From Elsinoe ampelina (taxonomy: Eukaryota), in contig ML992505.1 in NCBI GenBank assembly GCA_010093995.1, forward strand, positions 609,392-673,391: DNA of 64,000 nt, given 5' to 3'. How positions within the stretch are numbered: the first letter of the stretch is position 1; each line of letters begins with the position of its first letter. The notes beneath the pieces are model-generated. The model was not told the DNA's origin. It saw nothing but the letters and a program-made list of their open reading frames with translations, and did no database searches. A program made the position numbers and the translations under genes. This document shows, piece by piece, positions 11,375 to 22,641 of this stretch.

Positions 11375-12484
11375 TCACAGATCCTGAAACTTTGCCTCAT
11401 TGTACAAATGCTTGTCCGTCATCGAGTTGACCTCAAACTTGCTGCCAACCTTGATCGGTCCCTCCTTTGTCGGCAAGCATAGCATACCAAAACACGGCTT
11501 GTACTTGGCGGCACCACCCTGATCGACCCTCCTGAACTTCATCAACGTATCCCATGGTTCATGCTTGTGCTTCTCCGCTGTATCCGGATTGACGTTAGGC
11601 ACCTGGCATCGCGCACACCTGCACATGACGTCCAGATTGACTCGCCACAACAGCTGATTCTCGTGGTCGGCGGTGGAGATCTGGACGGTCTTCCAGCTAT
11701 CCTCCTCCCATGGCTCGTTGCCGCGGATGACAATGTTGGGGCGGAATCGTTCGATCGTGAGCTTTTGTCCGTCGTAGTCGTTCTCTTTCAGGCGGCGGTT
11801 GAGGTCGCGCAGACTCGAGTCACTGGCAATCTGGACCGACATGAGGTCAGCGAACATGTGTGGCACTTCACGGCCAGAGAGGTCCTTTTTGGCGTTACCG
11901 CGTGCAGGTCGTGGGGTTGGGCCTTTGTAGATGAGCTTGACTGGCTTTTTGAAATAGCGGCTGAACATGTCGTTAATCTTGTTCGAGTATGTCCACCCAT
12001 CAGTCTTCTCGCCCCAGATCTCGACCTTCTCGAGAGTGTTATTTGATGAGAGCCAGTCTTGTTTGGGATGAGCAGGTATTGTGACGCTATCTTCTGTGCC
12101 ATGGATCGAGATGGTGAGTGTATCGTCCTTGTCATTCACAGCAGTATCGATCAGTGTCATGGTCGGGTCCGATCGAATCGTCAAGAAAGTCATGGTCTCC
12201 GCATCGACGAACATCCAGTTACGGTCCAGGTCGAGTCCAGACATTTTGAGTCGAGTCTCCTTGACCTCGATTCCGCGACATGACTTGATGGGATAGATTC
12301 GGAGTGAGATGACTTCTGAGGCAGGCGGCAAGTTCGCGTCTCTGGGTGGGCGAACGTAGTCTGGATCAACATGGAAGATGTTGATATACATGATACCGGC
12401 GAAAAGCACCGCCAGAACAGTGATGAGCATGGTCCCGGAGATGCCATAGGCGGCAAGACCGCGTTGGAGGTCGCCGAAGCCCAT
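11375..12484 (-). CDS. MOSC-domain (mARC-like) protein with N-terminal membrane anchor
   Basis: LRIYPIKSCRG, DRNWM, ERFRPNIV and CARCQVPNVNPDT motifs. Confidence 0.9.
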   Translation of the reverse strand: MGFGDLQRGLAAYGISGTMLITVLAVLFAGIMYINIFHVDPDYVRPPRDANLPPASEVISLRIYPIKSCRGIEVKETRLKMSGLDLDRNWMFVDAETMTFLTIRSDPTMTLIDTAVNDKDDTLTISIHGTEDSVTIPAHPKQDWLSSNNTLEKVEIWGEKTDGWTYSNKINDMFSRYFKKPVKLIYKGPTPRPARGNAKKDLSGREVPHMFADLMSVQIASDSSLRDLNRRLKENDYDGQKLTIERFRPNIVIRGNEPWEEDSWKTVQISTADHENQLLWRVNLDVMCRCARCQVPNVNPDTAEKHKHEPWDTLMKFRRVDQGGAAKYKPCFGMLCLPTKEGPIKVGSKFEVNSMTDKHLYNEAKFQDL

Positions 12485-13116
12485 GATGGGCTGCTGTCGA
12501 CCGGATGAGCTTGAGTATTCCTTTTGGCAGCCAAGATCAACGTATGAGGAACAGTTGTTGTTGTTTCGTCGCGTTGGTTTGGAATTGAAAGTTGATCTTG
12601 GAGAAGTGGTTCGCAGTTGGCAGGAGGGGCAAAACTTTGCGGAGTTCACGAGCTCCGATTGCCGATCACCTCAGCATCAATGCATGTGAAAGGCGAAGAC
12701 AAGCATATATCTGACATATGAGCGAATTTTTACATGTGGACAATCAGCGTTGCTGATTATTAGATTACGCGCTAAATGCACACCTAGACTAGCCCTGTCT
12801 CGCCGGCCACTTTTCGCCACAGTATTGTTTGTACATGCTTCATCACTGGATGCATCGACGTCGTCGTCGTTGCACCATGAATGTTTGATCTCATGCGTCG
12901 CAGCCTGACCTCCTATGCGCAGGTAAGCGCCGTGCTACTGTATACAGAGCAGCTGTACGGCTCTCCATCGTTGTAGCTAGTGGTTTGCGGCTCGAAGCTG
13001 CCTTGCCATCTGTACCTCATGGGTCGCGTATCGGAAGTGTCATTGCATTCCCCTCGTCGAGTCGGAGGCAAGATATCGTGCCCTTAGCTTTGGCTTATAG
13101 CACACACTCCCCCCAT

Positions 13117-13690
13117 TCAGCTGGTCTTAGAATGGACGCAAAGACCAATACCTCCCAAGACCAGACCCATGCCCAAGAACGTATCTGTCCGAGCATTAAT
13201 TCCTGTAGAAAACTAGAGCGGGCAGTCGTACCTCGTGATATAGCTTTGCCTTCTGCCAGGTACTCTCCCAACACCGTGAACATGAAAGCCAGAGAATTTG
13301 TGATTGGGACCATCAAGCTTATTTCTGACATCCGATCAGCTTTTTTTCATGACCACACAATTATCAGATCTTACCAGCATGTCCGATGAGAAGGAAGAAC
13401 CATATGCTGCCCGTCAGATTGATCACCAATGGGATAGCATAGGCAGGGCGGCGCAGTAAGTCAATGACCGCGTATACGAGCGTCCAGAACTTCTTCTTGA
13501 TTATGCCGGTCCTCGGATTGTCCAGAAATTCGCGTCCAGGATGTACTCGCTGCTCCTCATCTTTCTTGACAGCTGCCTTTCTCATGAATGGTGTTGTCAT
13601 GCCCCAAGCAGCGCCAACAAGCAAGAAGCCAATGACCCATCTGATGATCGACGGCTGACCTTCCGAGGTCACTGGTGAGTCCTTCTCCAT
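13117..13690 (-). CDS. TMEM234-like small membrane protein, 2 introns
   Basis: LLVGAAWGMTTPF, YAIPLVINLTGSIWFF and ISLMVPITNSLAFMFT motifs; exons joined by GT-AG introns; ends GGIGLCVHSKTS*. Confidence 0.85.
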
Positions 13691-13971
13691 GTCGAGCTCA
13701 ATTGACCATGAGAATGGAGTAAGCCACACCAGATGAAGCTGCAGGTGACATCCCGATCTGCAGAGCCGCATATTACCAAACCCGGCGCGAGCCGAAGCCT
13801 CACAATCTATAAACTCAAGCTCGCAGGCGGGGCCAACCAGTCGGCCTACCCCGATATCGACAAAGACTGTTTAATCGCTCACTCCATCCTTTCCCTTTCT
13901 TCAACCTCACAGATGCACCTTCACTTCCACCTCCCCTTCATCTAACCCACCACCACCCCCAGGTCCCTACC

Positions 13972-14961
13972 ATGGCACCAACCCGCATCTCCCCCCCACC
14001 CTCCACCGACCCCACCACCGGCCTCACCCCCTCCCAACTCTCCTTCTTCCACACCAACGGCTACCTCGCGATCCCCAATGCCCTCCCCGCCGACACCGTC
14101 ACCTCCCTCCTCTCCGAAGCCTCCCACCTCCTCACCACCTTCGACCTCACCACCCACCCCATGACCAAATTCAGCACGGGCGAAACCTCCTCCCACGTCG
14201 GCGACAGCTACTTCCTCAACAGCGGCAACAAACTGCGTTTCTTCTTCGAAGAAGACGCCTTCTCCACGACAGGCCAACTCACCAAACCCAAAGAAAAAGC
14301 CATCAACAAGATAGGCCACTACCTCCACTGGCTCAACCCCGCCTACCGCGCCATCTCCCTCTCGAACTCCAACGCCGCCATCGCCAAGAGCCTGGGCTTC
14401 AAGGACCCGAGGGTGCTGCAGAGTATGATCATTTGCAAGCAGCCCGAGATTGGGGGCCGGGTGCCCCCGCATCAGGATAGTACGTTTCTCTACACGGACC
14501 CGCCGAGCGCAGTGGGCTTTTGGTATGCCTTGGAGGATTGCACGGTCGAGAACGGGTGTTTGAGTTTCGCGGCGGGGTCGCATCGACGGGCGCCGGTGCG
14601 GAGTCGGTTCGTGAGGATCACGCCGAAGGGGGCGACGAACGGGAATGGGCACGCCGAGGGGGAGGGGGAAGGCGAGGCGACGGGCACGACGTTTATTGAG
14701 AATGAAGGCGCGCAGTGGCCCCGTGGGTTGGAGGAGGATAAGGAGGTGAGGAAGGAGGTGTATGACCTTGTCGAGGTGGAGGCGGGGACGTTGGTGGTGA
14801 TTCATGGGAATGTGTTGCACAAGAGCGAGAAGAATACGAGTTTGAAGGGGAGGATGATTTATACGTTTCATGTGATTGAGGGTGGGGAGAGGTATGATGA
14901 GAGGAATTGGTTGCAGCCGCCTGAGGAGGGATTCACAAAGTTGTATCAGGAGGCGAAGTAA
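13972..14961 (+). CDS. Phytanoyl-CoA dioxygenase family protein (PHYHD1-like)
   Basis: QSMIICKQPEIGG.VPPHQDSTF, ENGCL and IHGNVLHKS 2-oxoglutarate/Fe motifs. Confidence 0.92.
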   Translation: MAPTRISPPPSTDPTTGLTPSQLSFFHTNGYLAIPNALPADTVTSLLSEASHLLTTFDLTTHPMTKFSTGETSSHVGDSYFLNSGNKLRFFFEEDAFSTTGQLTKPKEKAINKIGHYLHWLNPAYRAISLSNSNAAIAKSLGFKDPRVLQSMIICKQPEIGGRVPPHQDSTFLYTDPPSAVGFWYALEDCTVENGCLSFAAGSHRRAPVRSRFVRITPKGATNGNGHAEGEGEGEATGTTFIENEGAQWPRGLEEDKEVRKEVYDLVEVEAGTLVVIHGNVLHKSEKNTSLKGRMIYTFHVIEGGERYDERNWLQPPEEGFTKLYQEAK

Positions 14962-15069
14962 GAGAGGGATGTGGGAGGTAAGGTGCTTGGGAAAAGAAGT
15001 GATTAGATCTACAAGTCGCGCTTGGATGCAGGGAATGGGTATCTGAAATACATGACGCATCTGGGAGCT

Positions 15070-17397
15070 CTATTTCTCCTTTCCGGGTTGCTTCTTCCCC
15101 GTCAGTGCTTCATGCACCGACGTGTAGAATTGGGTCGATTTGTTCTTGGCCTTGATGAGATCCGCAGAACCAGCCGACCGCTTCTCCAATAACGGAAGCT
15201 GCGGACACATGTCAACGACGCCGGCTAGAGTGCTAGGAAACCCTTTTCTCTTCATCTCCAAATCTCGGTTGTAGGCTTCCTCCAGCATGACTTCCAACGG
15301 TACATCAGTACGATAATTGCCACCCGTCTCCATGTCTTGCTTCATGACCGCGAGTCGTTGTTGCTTGTTCATGTAAACTGGACTTTTACCGCGTGACTCC
15401 ATCGAGTTCTTGCCTTCTACTACCCCCATCTGTAGACCAATTGAGACGACAGCTGCGATTTTGTTGAATACACCTTGTCGAGAGATATTGGATGGTACAA
15501 GAGTGGTGGGATCTTGGGGTACGTATGTCCCGGGGTGTGGTGTTGGAGCAGCAATAGCGTCATCAGTCTTGTTCACAAGATCCAACAGATTGATAGAAGC
15601 ATGTGGTGAGCTAAGAATCGATCCCCTCATGATGCTCGACGTAGTATACGAGATGTGTCCCGCGAGACATCCGTAACGCCACAAGATGTTGACCAAGCAG
15701 AGATACTTTCTTTCCCAGGCGAGCCAGAAAAGGTAATTGTAGGTGGTTGCATTCAGATGTCCAGAGGTGCGTGGTATAATAAGCTTGCAAAGTTTGACGG
15801 CGGCCTCGACGTTTCCATGACGTTTTGCATTTTTGATGCACAGGTCCAGTACTTTTACAGACACTGGCTTGCCGCTCAAGTCAGAAATGAATTTGTTGAG
15901 AAGGACTTCAACCTCAGCAAATTGTGCGCGATGCAGATGATACATGAGCAATTCCCAAATGATGTCAAGTCCAAGAATTTTGTTGGAAATATCCCAACTG
16001 GTAGCAAAGTGTTCAAGGAATGCTTCAGGTGTACCGCCACTCTCGAACCACTTCTGATACTCGACTGATGCGATGACATGCATGGCACGCACCCTGGTAA
16101 CCGTTGCACCGAACATGTGTCGTGATCGCATCTCCTTGATTACATGTTGACATATTGACATGTCGTATTTCTTCAACATGCGGAGGAAGAGAATCCAGGT
16201 CTGTGGTGAAGGCCTGCCGCCTTTTCGAATCATTACTTCCAATCCATACTGGAAATTTTTCAGATCTTGAGCGGTCGATGGACCTTCTAGAAAGAAATCG
16301 TAGATCTCCAGGCGGTCTGCTCCTGCGAATTGGTCGAGTTCGTGCAGGATCATTTTCGCCTGGGGAAACAATCTATGCTTGCCGAGATATTGAAGAGCCA
16401 TTTCGGACGCCTTCAGTGACCAGCAAGACCGCAACTTCTCCGTCTTAAACAGTGCAACGAGGATCTGGCTCACACGTTGTTGGTGTTGATGATGAATGTG
16501 ACTGGTATCGGTCCCACCGAGGCTCTTCGACTCTGTTCTCAATTTCAGTCTTGGTGGTTTTGTGAGAAGGATGTCCTGAACATAGTTTGCAAACTCGTTA
16601 ACGGTCATGACCTCTGGTGCAGGAATCTCACTCAGCGTTCTGTTTCGCAATGTATCCTCAGATCGAATAGACCAATTCACCGTGGACCTAGCGCGAGTGG
16701 GGTGGGTATCAAGTAGACTGCGGCATTGATCTTCAGGGATCGATTCTATGGAGCTGTACGTTTCTGCCAACTGGGCAATGGTGACCTCAATCTGGTGAAG
16801 AAAGCCATTCAAGGCAAGATACTGAGTGCCGATAGGAGCATCTGGTAATGCCCACACCTGTGCACCGGTCTGGAGCTGAAGTGTGAGCAGAGACTGACTC
16901 ATGTCGCCGAACAGAGGAGCACTGCCTTTTGGAGTGTTTATTTTGATGATCCTGAGATGCTTCTTGAATGCTTCCGGATTTGTGGGGGTGTGGTCCAGTA
17001 AAAGCTGATAGGCGACGTTCCAATCCTTCATGTCGACATGTTTCGATGTTAAGGATCTCTGAGTCTCATTCGCCTTGAACTTGATGACTTCATATCGTCT
17101 CAGCTTGGATTCTGCGCGGCGAACAGCAGGTGCTCTGGTCTCCAGCTTGACAAGTCGGAAGCCAGGGTTATCATTTTGGCTTTGTTGGTCTCCGGAGAGT
17201 CGGTCGTTGTTTGGATTGATGAAAGCTGGAGAGGAGAAGTCTTCCGAGGCTTTTGTACTAGTCACCGACCGCGGGGAGGCGGTATGTGGATGACGTGGCA
17301 ATCCTGCATTGCGGCGAGTGAGGCCGAATGCCGCACGTCTGCCAGGTATGGCTGCAACTGTTACGGCACCGCTTGTTCGTGCAGCGACATGGAGCAT
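15070..17397 (-). CDS. Putative mitochondrial PPR-like (helical repeat) protein
   Basis: 775-aa ORF; Arg-rich presequence-like N-terminus; PPR-like segments (EVMIRKGGRPSPQTWILFL, NATTYNYLFWLAW). Confidence 0.6.
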   Translation of the reverse strand: MLHVAARTSGAVTVAAIPGRRAAFGLTRRNAGLPRHPHTASPRSVTSTKASEDFSSPAFINPNNDRLSGDQQSQNDNPGFRLVKLETRAPAVRRAESKLRRYEVIKFKANETQRSLTSKHVDMKDWNVAYQLLLDHTPTNPEAFKKHLRIIKINTPKGSAPLFGDMSQSLLTLQLQTGAQVWALPDAPIGTQYLALNGFLHQIEVTIAQLAETYSSIESIPEDQCRSLLDTHPTRARSTVNWSIRSEDTLRNRTLSEIPAPEVMTVNEFANYVQDILLTKPPRLKLRTESKSLGGTDTSHIHHQHQQRVSQILVALFKTEKLRSCWSLKASEMALQYLGKHRLFPQAKMILHELDQFAGADRLEIYDFFLEGPSTAQDLKNFQYGLEVMIRKGGRPSPQTWILFLRMLKKYDMSICQHVIKEMRSRHMFGATVTRVRAMHVIASVEYQKWFESGGTPEAFLEHFATSWDISNKILGLDIIWELLMYHLHRAQFAEVEVLLNKFISDLSGKPVSVKVLDLCIKNAKRHGNVEAAVKLCKLIIPRTSGHLNATTYNYLFWLAWERKYLCLVNILWRYGCLAGHISYTTSSIMRGSILSSPHASINLLDLVNKTDDAIAAPTPHPGTYVPQDPTTLVPSNISRQGVFNKIAAVVSIGLQMGVVEGKNSMESRGKSPVYMNKQQRLAVMKQDMETGGNYRTDVPLEVMLEEAYNRDLEMKRKGFPSTLAGVVDMCPQLPLLEKRSAGSADLIKAKNKSTQFYTSVHEALTGKKQPGKEK

Positions 17398-17664
17398 GAG
17401 GCCTCAAGTGATACTTCCGGATGCTGTAGGATGTATCCGGAACATGAACTCGAAGCTTTGTTGCAGTCAGACACACTTGAATATCGTAAAAATGATGGTA
17501 ATTTTGATACTGAATGACTTGCGCGGATAGAGTTTTGGGTCTCCGTAGTTTCATGAACGACCTCGAGGTCAACCGTAGATCTCTCCACAGCAGACACAGG
17601 CCTTAACCTCTTCCTCCGCTGGGTCTACATATTGTCATCATAGGATGATTTGGCTTGCATCATC

Positions 17665-17946
17665 ATGGAAGGAAACGCCATCGAGAAGCACCTCCAGCGA
17701 ATCCTCCGATCCCGACAGCCACCAAAGACATTCTGCCCCTCCGAAGTGGCACGAGCACTATCATCATCGGAGCTACAGGAACTCGGCCTCACAGACTGGC
17801 GAGAAGCCATGGCCCCAATCCGCGAACTAGCCTGGACCCTCCGCGACAACAGTCAACTCGAAGTCCTCCAAAAAGGCACGGTCCTCGACCCCGACACACA
17901 GTTATCAGACATCAAAGGACCAATCAGATTGAGAAGAAAGTCATAG
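17665..17946 (+). CDS. DUF3253-family small protein
   Basis: RQPPKTFCPSEVARAL...WREAM...IKGPIRLR pattern. Confidence 0.8.
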   Translation: MEGNAIEKHLQRILRSRQPPKTFCPSEVARALSSSELQELGLTDWREAMAPIRELAWTLRDNSQLEVLQKGTVLDPDTQLSDIKGPIRLRRKS

Positions 17947-18056
17947 ACTTTTTTACATTCCAAGGCTATATCGGGTAATCATGTTCAGGAATTATACGCT
18001 TCCACCTCTATCTCCATTTTCGGACACCAGGTCAAGTCAACTCTTCCTCCTCGCAT

Positions 18057-19192
18057 CTAGAAGGAAGCTCCGGATGGAATGTTCAAGCACCTTGTGCTCT
18101 TCTTGCCACCGGTAACAGCCACACCCTTCCAGCTCCAGTCACTGCAGCTGCCCTTTCCACACAGGATGTGGACGGTTGTAGCGCTGCTTGCAACAGAACC
18201 AGTGACGCCGTTGAGAGTCAGACCGGTGATGGGGACACCAGTGGTAGGGGTACCGGTGGGGTTACCGTTCTCGTAATCCTGCTCGAGGACGATACCGTAT
18301 TTTGTGATGTTGGACAGCGTGATGCCGGAGTAGGTGACGTTGCTGACGGATCCCGTGGCGTCGTAGACGGTCTTGATGCGGACACCGTTCTGCGAGTTGG
18401 AGATCTTGCTGTTGGAGATGACAATGTTCTTGACTGTGTTGTCCCCGCGACCGCCGACGGAGCCGATGGAGAGACCGTGGCCGCCGGAGCAGGTGCCGCC
18501 GGTGAAGGAGATGTCGGTGCCGCTGTTGATGGCGAGGCAGTCGTCTTGGTTCTTGATGTTGGCGCCGGAGATGTGGACGCCGGTGGATGAGCCGACGTCG
18601 AAGGCGTCAGTGTTGTGGCCTCCTGCGGTGTCACCGGCGGAGTTGTCCATGACGACGTTCTTGACGTTGAGGTTCTGGGCTCCGTTGATGCTCATGAATT
18701 GGATGGGAGTGTTCTTGACGTTCAAGTTCTGGATGGTGGAGCTGATCAACTTGTGGGCGTAAAAGGACTTGGGCTTGGTCTTGCCGCCGTTGGAGCCCTT
18801 ACCGTCCCAGTACTTGGAGCCACCAAAGTCGATGACATGGCCCGAGGCACCCTGGATGGTCACACCAGTTCCGGAGAAGGAGACAAGGGGTCCAGCCCAC
18901 TCCTTGTAGCCGAAGGTGGTAGTCCCCTGGAAGGTCACCTGGAAAAGTCAGCTGCTGGTATTTTGATAAGGTGGGTGTATCATACGGTGGTGCCCGACTT
19001 GAGTCCAGTCATGTCAAGAGTCGTACCAGCTGGGACAACAATACCATTGAGGACAATGGCAGTGCAAGAACCCTTCCGAGCAATGGCGGTCTTCGCATCG
19101 GTGAAGGTGCAAGAAGCACGAGCGACATTGGTTGCCGGTGCGGCAACGGCGACACCTGCCGCCAGGGCAGTAAGAAGGATAGGGCTGTGCAT
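18057..19192 (-). CDS. Secreted endopolygalacturonase (GH28); intron 18939-18985
   Basis: Signal peptide; GH28 catalytic motifs HNTD, QDD, GHG and RIK; C-terminal CSDWSW. Confidence 0.95.
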
Positions 19193-19883
19193 GTCTGCGG
19201 TTTGTTGTTTTCAAAGTTGTCTCTGGTAATCGAAGGAGTGACTTGGTGAGGCAAAACCAGAAAGGGCCGACTAGGGCAAGAATATATAGAGAATGCTCGA
19301 AGAAGACGGAGAAATCGATAATGGACACGGAGGATACATCGCACGGAGCATGTCGTCTTCTTGTAGGTGATCAGTATAGCAGACTGGCCGAGATGCCGCT
19401 AAAATATCGCGCCATCACGCCAGGCACGGTGTTTACTAGTGTAGTGGGACTGTGGAGATGGAAGAGATTAACCTGCAGGTCCGAGCTGGGGAGTCTGACT
19501 CCGGTACCTGTATTCAGGTCGCCACAGGAAACATTGCGGGGAAGCGCATAATTGGGGATGATTCGACGGAGCATTTCACAGCGTTTGAGGTCAGTTTACA
19601 CCACATGACTGTGATTCCGACGGAGGCTGGACTTCTGCAGCGCGTGTGCTGGACATGGGACTATACACAGACTATCGACTTTCTGGAAATGCTCGAGACA
19701 CTCCGTTCCACCAGTGGGGCGTCGATCTAGGGCTCGCAGAGTCCGGTCAGGAGATGAAATGAAGGGGGGCGGGGATGGTCGTTTCGACCAAGCCTTCGCT
19801 AAGCAGAGTTCAAGCTTTGCTTGAAAGCTTGATTTTAATTTCTCCGCGACACGGGGCTTGAGAGTTGACGGGAATGATTGCTA

Positions 19884-20383
19884 ACGTATGAGATGGGGGT
19901 TTGCACACGGGAAAATCTATTCACCCCCCCGATTTTTGCTAGATACCCCCCCTCAGGCCGCTACAGCGCGGGAGTATCCCGTAAGTCTGAACCTTAATTC
20001 CGCCTACATACGATACACGTAGTATCTACTGTTCTATAAGGCTTAAGTCTAGATAAATGATTGTATGCTCTTACTCACTACGCTCGTACGAGCCAGACAC
20101 ATCTTTAGCTAGGTTGCTCGCCGCTAGGCAGGTGTTATGTATATACCGTAAGCAGGGGCACGCAAAACAAGCTTAGCCTCCCGCGTGCTAGTGCCTTAGG
20201 GGGGGGTATCTAGCAAAAATCGGGGGGGTGAATAGATTTTCCCTTTGCACACCGCCCCCCTTTACACACTTCAGGGTCCTTCACCAATCACATTTTCGCG
20301 ATCGACGCCGATAATTCACCGGAACGTCTAGAAGTCACGTGGCGTGCAAAGGGGGGCCGTGTGTAAACCCCCATCTCACACGT
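19884..20383. mobile_element. Tc1/mariner-superfamily (pogo/Fot1-like) MITE, ~156 bp before insertion, TA target, interrupted in its left TIR
   Basis: TA|ACGTATGAGATGGGGGTTTGCACAC.. and ..GTGTGTAAACCCCCATCTCACACGT|TA; ~40-bp imperfect TIR. Confidence 0.85.
19909..20243. mobile_element. Mutator-like MITE, 335 bp, ~66-bp TIRs, 9-bp TSD TTTGCACAC
   Basis: TIR GGGAAAATCTATTCACCCCCCCGATTTTTGCTAGATACCCCCCC at both ends; TSD at 19900-19908 and 20244-20252. Confidence 0.92.
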
Positions 20384-20385
20384 TA

Positions 20386-20748
20386 TTCGGTGGCCTTGAA
20401 AAAATTATCTGGTGGCCTTGCTAGGCAGAGTTTAGCGCTAAGGGCGGCAGCGTCCGCATACCAAAACTCTAAATGCTCAACTTCTACAACTTTACTAATT
20501 CTTCTTCGTTCTTAATGCTTTGAAAAGGTATTAGGTATATATATTATTCAGTACATGCTTTTTTCCACTAGAGTCAGACGTGGGCTTATAGTCTGATGGC
20601 TGTAGCTAACAAGTTACAGATCTTTCGCCATGTCTATGTATCCCGTACCTCGACAAATGGAACAATCGCTTCGATAAGCTTTCTACCCGCTTTCAGCTAA
20701 ACCTTACGCAGAGCAAGGCCACCGGATAAGAAAAATCGGGCCACCGAA
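20386..20748. mobile_element. TA-flanked Tc1/mariner-type MITE with bipartite GGTGGCC TIRs
   Basis: TA|TTCGGTGGCC..TTATCTGGTGGCCTTGCT and AGCAAGGCCACCGGATAA..GGCCACCGAA|TA; AT-rich interior. Confidence 0.85.
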
Positions 20749-21136
20749 TAGCAATTCCCAGAGTTGACGTGTATTTGTGCGAAACCCGAGTCAGAACGAG
20801 TTTGGCATGCTCGGGTAAGACCTGGAAATGATTTTTGTCGCCATGTTGTGCGCAGAACGGGATTTTCGCGATGTTTCAGGTCACGGAGACTCTCCGGAGA
20901 GTCGTCAGCTTGGTCAATGCATTTATGGAGTGCATGTGTCGGCCGAAGTTTCTTTGCGCTGAGTTATATCAGAACCATCAAACATAGCAAGGGCAGGAAG
21001 TATCACATCTTGCGGAACGTGGCCCGCAACGGAAGCAAATTTGCTGAGGGGTATCAAAACCTCAACATCACGGGTCTTATCGATGTATCACAACACCAAG
21101 CACAGCAGACATGAATCACGGTAAGTAATGCTTCAT

Positions 21137-22528
21137 TCACGATGATTTACTCCTTGCCGCATCCAATCTTGTTTTGAGATCGAGAGGTCGTCCCATCTTT
21201 GTCACCACGACTCCGTACAATCCCCCTGTCTTGACCGTCTGCACGAACCGTGGGCAGATCTCTTGTGCCATGACTTCGATCACTCTCTCGGCCTCTTCTC
21301 TCCCGATAGGGCTCCGCATTGAGTTCTGCAAGTGTTGAACTACTGCTTGCATGGAGAAACTTGCCCTTGGTCTTCCCCCAGCTAGGAAATCGAGTATCCT
21401 TGTCACGTCCTCGACTTTGTCCAGAGCGGCAAGGCGATCGAGTTGCTCCTTGGCTGGGCCACCTGGTCCTGCAGCTATAGCAGCCTGTTTAGCAAGAATG
21501 CGGTCGAGTAGACTGGCGCCACGAGATGAAACACCTGCAGATGTCTTTGCCTCGTCCTTTACCGTCTCAACCTTCTTTGCGGAGGCTGCGGTCACCTCTG
21601 CAGGTCTGGCTTTGAGTTGTGCAAGATGATAGGCGCCCTTGCTCTGCTTGTTCGGATCTTTGGCCACCTCACTCTTCACGATCAGCGCCAGAGGAAGAGA
21701 CGTGAGAAAAGCGTCGATCGAATTGTCTGCAGTCGCACTCCACCGTAGCCAGCGTCTTTGCAGTCTTCGACTGAACTCATCTATGAGTTGCTTGTTCTGC
21801 AACGACGTTCCTTCGCGCCCTTCCTTGATTTCGAGACAGATCATACCCTCACCATTGTCGATAAGCAGGAATGGAGATGCTTCGGCTAGAATGGCCACCA
21901 GTCGTCGGATATCGTCGATTGATACGGCTCGTTTCTTCCAAGTTTGTGTAACGCGAGAAGCCAGCTCTGGTAAGGCACATGGAGAACCAGCACCGTAATG
22001 GGCGACAAAGAGCGCATGCGAACTAAGAAGTGCTGTGAACTGCTGCTTGAGATCCTCGACTTTGGTAGGTAGTGTGTCTGTGACTCCCTTCAGCGCGTGC
22101 GAGTGTGGAGTCTCCGGCGGACTCTGATAGGCTTGTAGATTCTCGGATGATGAAGTGATTGCCGCCGTGTTCAACAGATTGAGCCGATCGAACAGTCTTG
22201 ATGCTCCCCTTGTAGGTGTTTCTTCGGGTGTAGGTGGAACAGTATCTTTGACGCGCTTGTGTCGTGGTGTCTCGGCTGGTTCTGGTGATCGTTGGCGCTT
22301 GTTGACCGTCTTCGATGGTGCTAGAGAAGGCTCGGTCTGCTGCTCTTTTCCTTGGTCCTGGGCCAGCTTTGCAATACGTCTTGATGCGTTTTGGAGTATC
22401 TTCTTTGGCTTTGTCTGCTCCGCCTCTGCTGTCCTCCTCGACTTGGCTGTACGGCCTTTCACGCCATCCTGTAGCTCCGACACGTCTTCCACGGCCTTTC
22501 TCTTGCGCGACATGGTTGCTGCTGCCAT
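21137..22528 (-). CDS. CDT1: DNA replication licensing factor Cdt1-like
   Basis: Basic/TP-rich N-terminus; VTQTWKKRAVSIDDIRRL and C-terminal SLLDRILAKQ..VQHLQNSMRSPI segments typical of Pezizomycotina Cdt1. Confidence 0.72.
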   Translation of the reverse strand: MAAATMSRKRKAVEDVSELQDGVKGRTAKSRRTAEAEQTKPKKILQNASRRIAKLAQDQGKEQQTEPSLAPSKTVNKRQRSPEPAETPRHKRVKDTVPPTPEETPTRGASRLFDRLNLLNTAAITSSSENLQAYQSPPETPHSHALKGVTDTLPTKVEDLKQQFTALLSSHALFVAHYGAGSPCALPELASRVTQTWKKRAVSIDDIRRLVAILAEASPFLLIDNGEGMICLEIKEGREGTSLQNKQLIDEFSRRLQRRWLRWSATADNSIDAFLTSLPLALIVKSEVAKDPNKQSKGAYHLAQLKARPAEVTAASAKKVETVKDEAKTSAGVSSRGASLLDRILAKQAAIAAGPGGPAKEQLDRLAALDKVEDVTRILDFLAGGRPRASFSMQAVVQHLQNSMRSPIGREEAERVIEVMAQEICPRFVQTVKTGGLYGVVVTKMGRPLDLKTRLDAARSKSS

Positions 22529-22641
22529 AGTGAATATTATTGATACGAAGAGATATGCTAACCGATAGTCATTGGCGTATTGAATATTATGTGAGAAATG
22601 TGCATGAGAGATAAATGGGTGGGTGGTGGAATTTGAGAAGA

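Larger units (their letters stand above)
19870..20759. mobile_element. Outer GGGAAT...ATTCCC unit flanked by 9-bp direct repeat AGAGTTGAC (Mutator-like signature), containing three MITEs
   Basis: AGAGTTGAC at 19861-19869 and 20760-20768; termini GGGAAT(GA)TGC / GCAATTCCC. Confidence 0.7.

Noticed and set aside
19788..19833. AAGCTT-rich imperfect hairpin left of the MITE nest
   Set aside because: Short, no TSD or matching partner end found.
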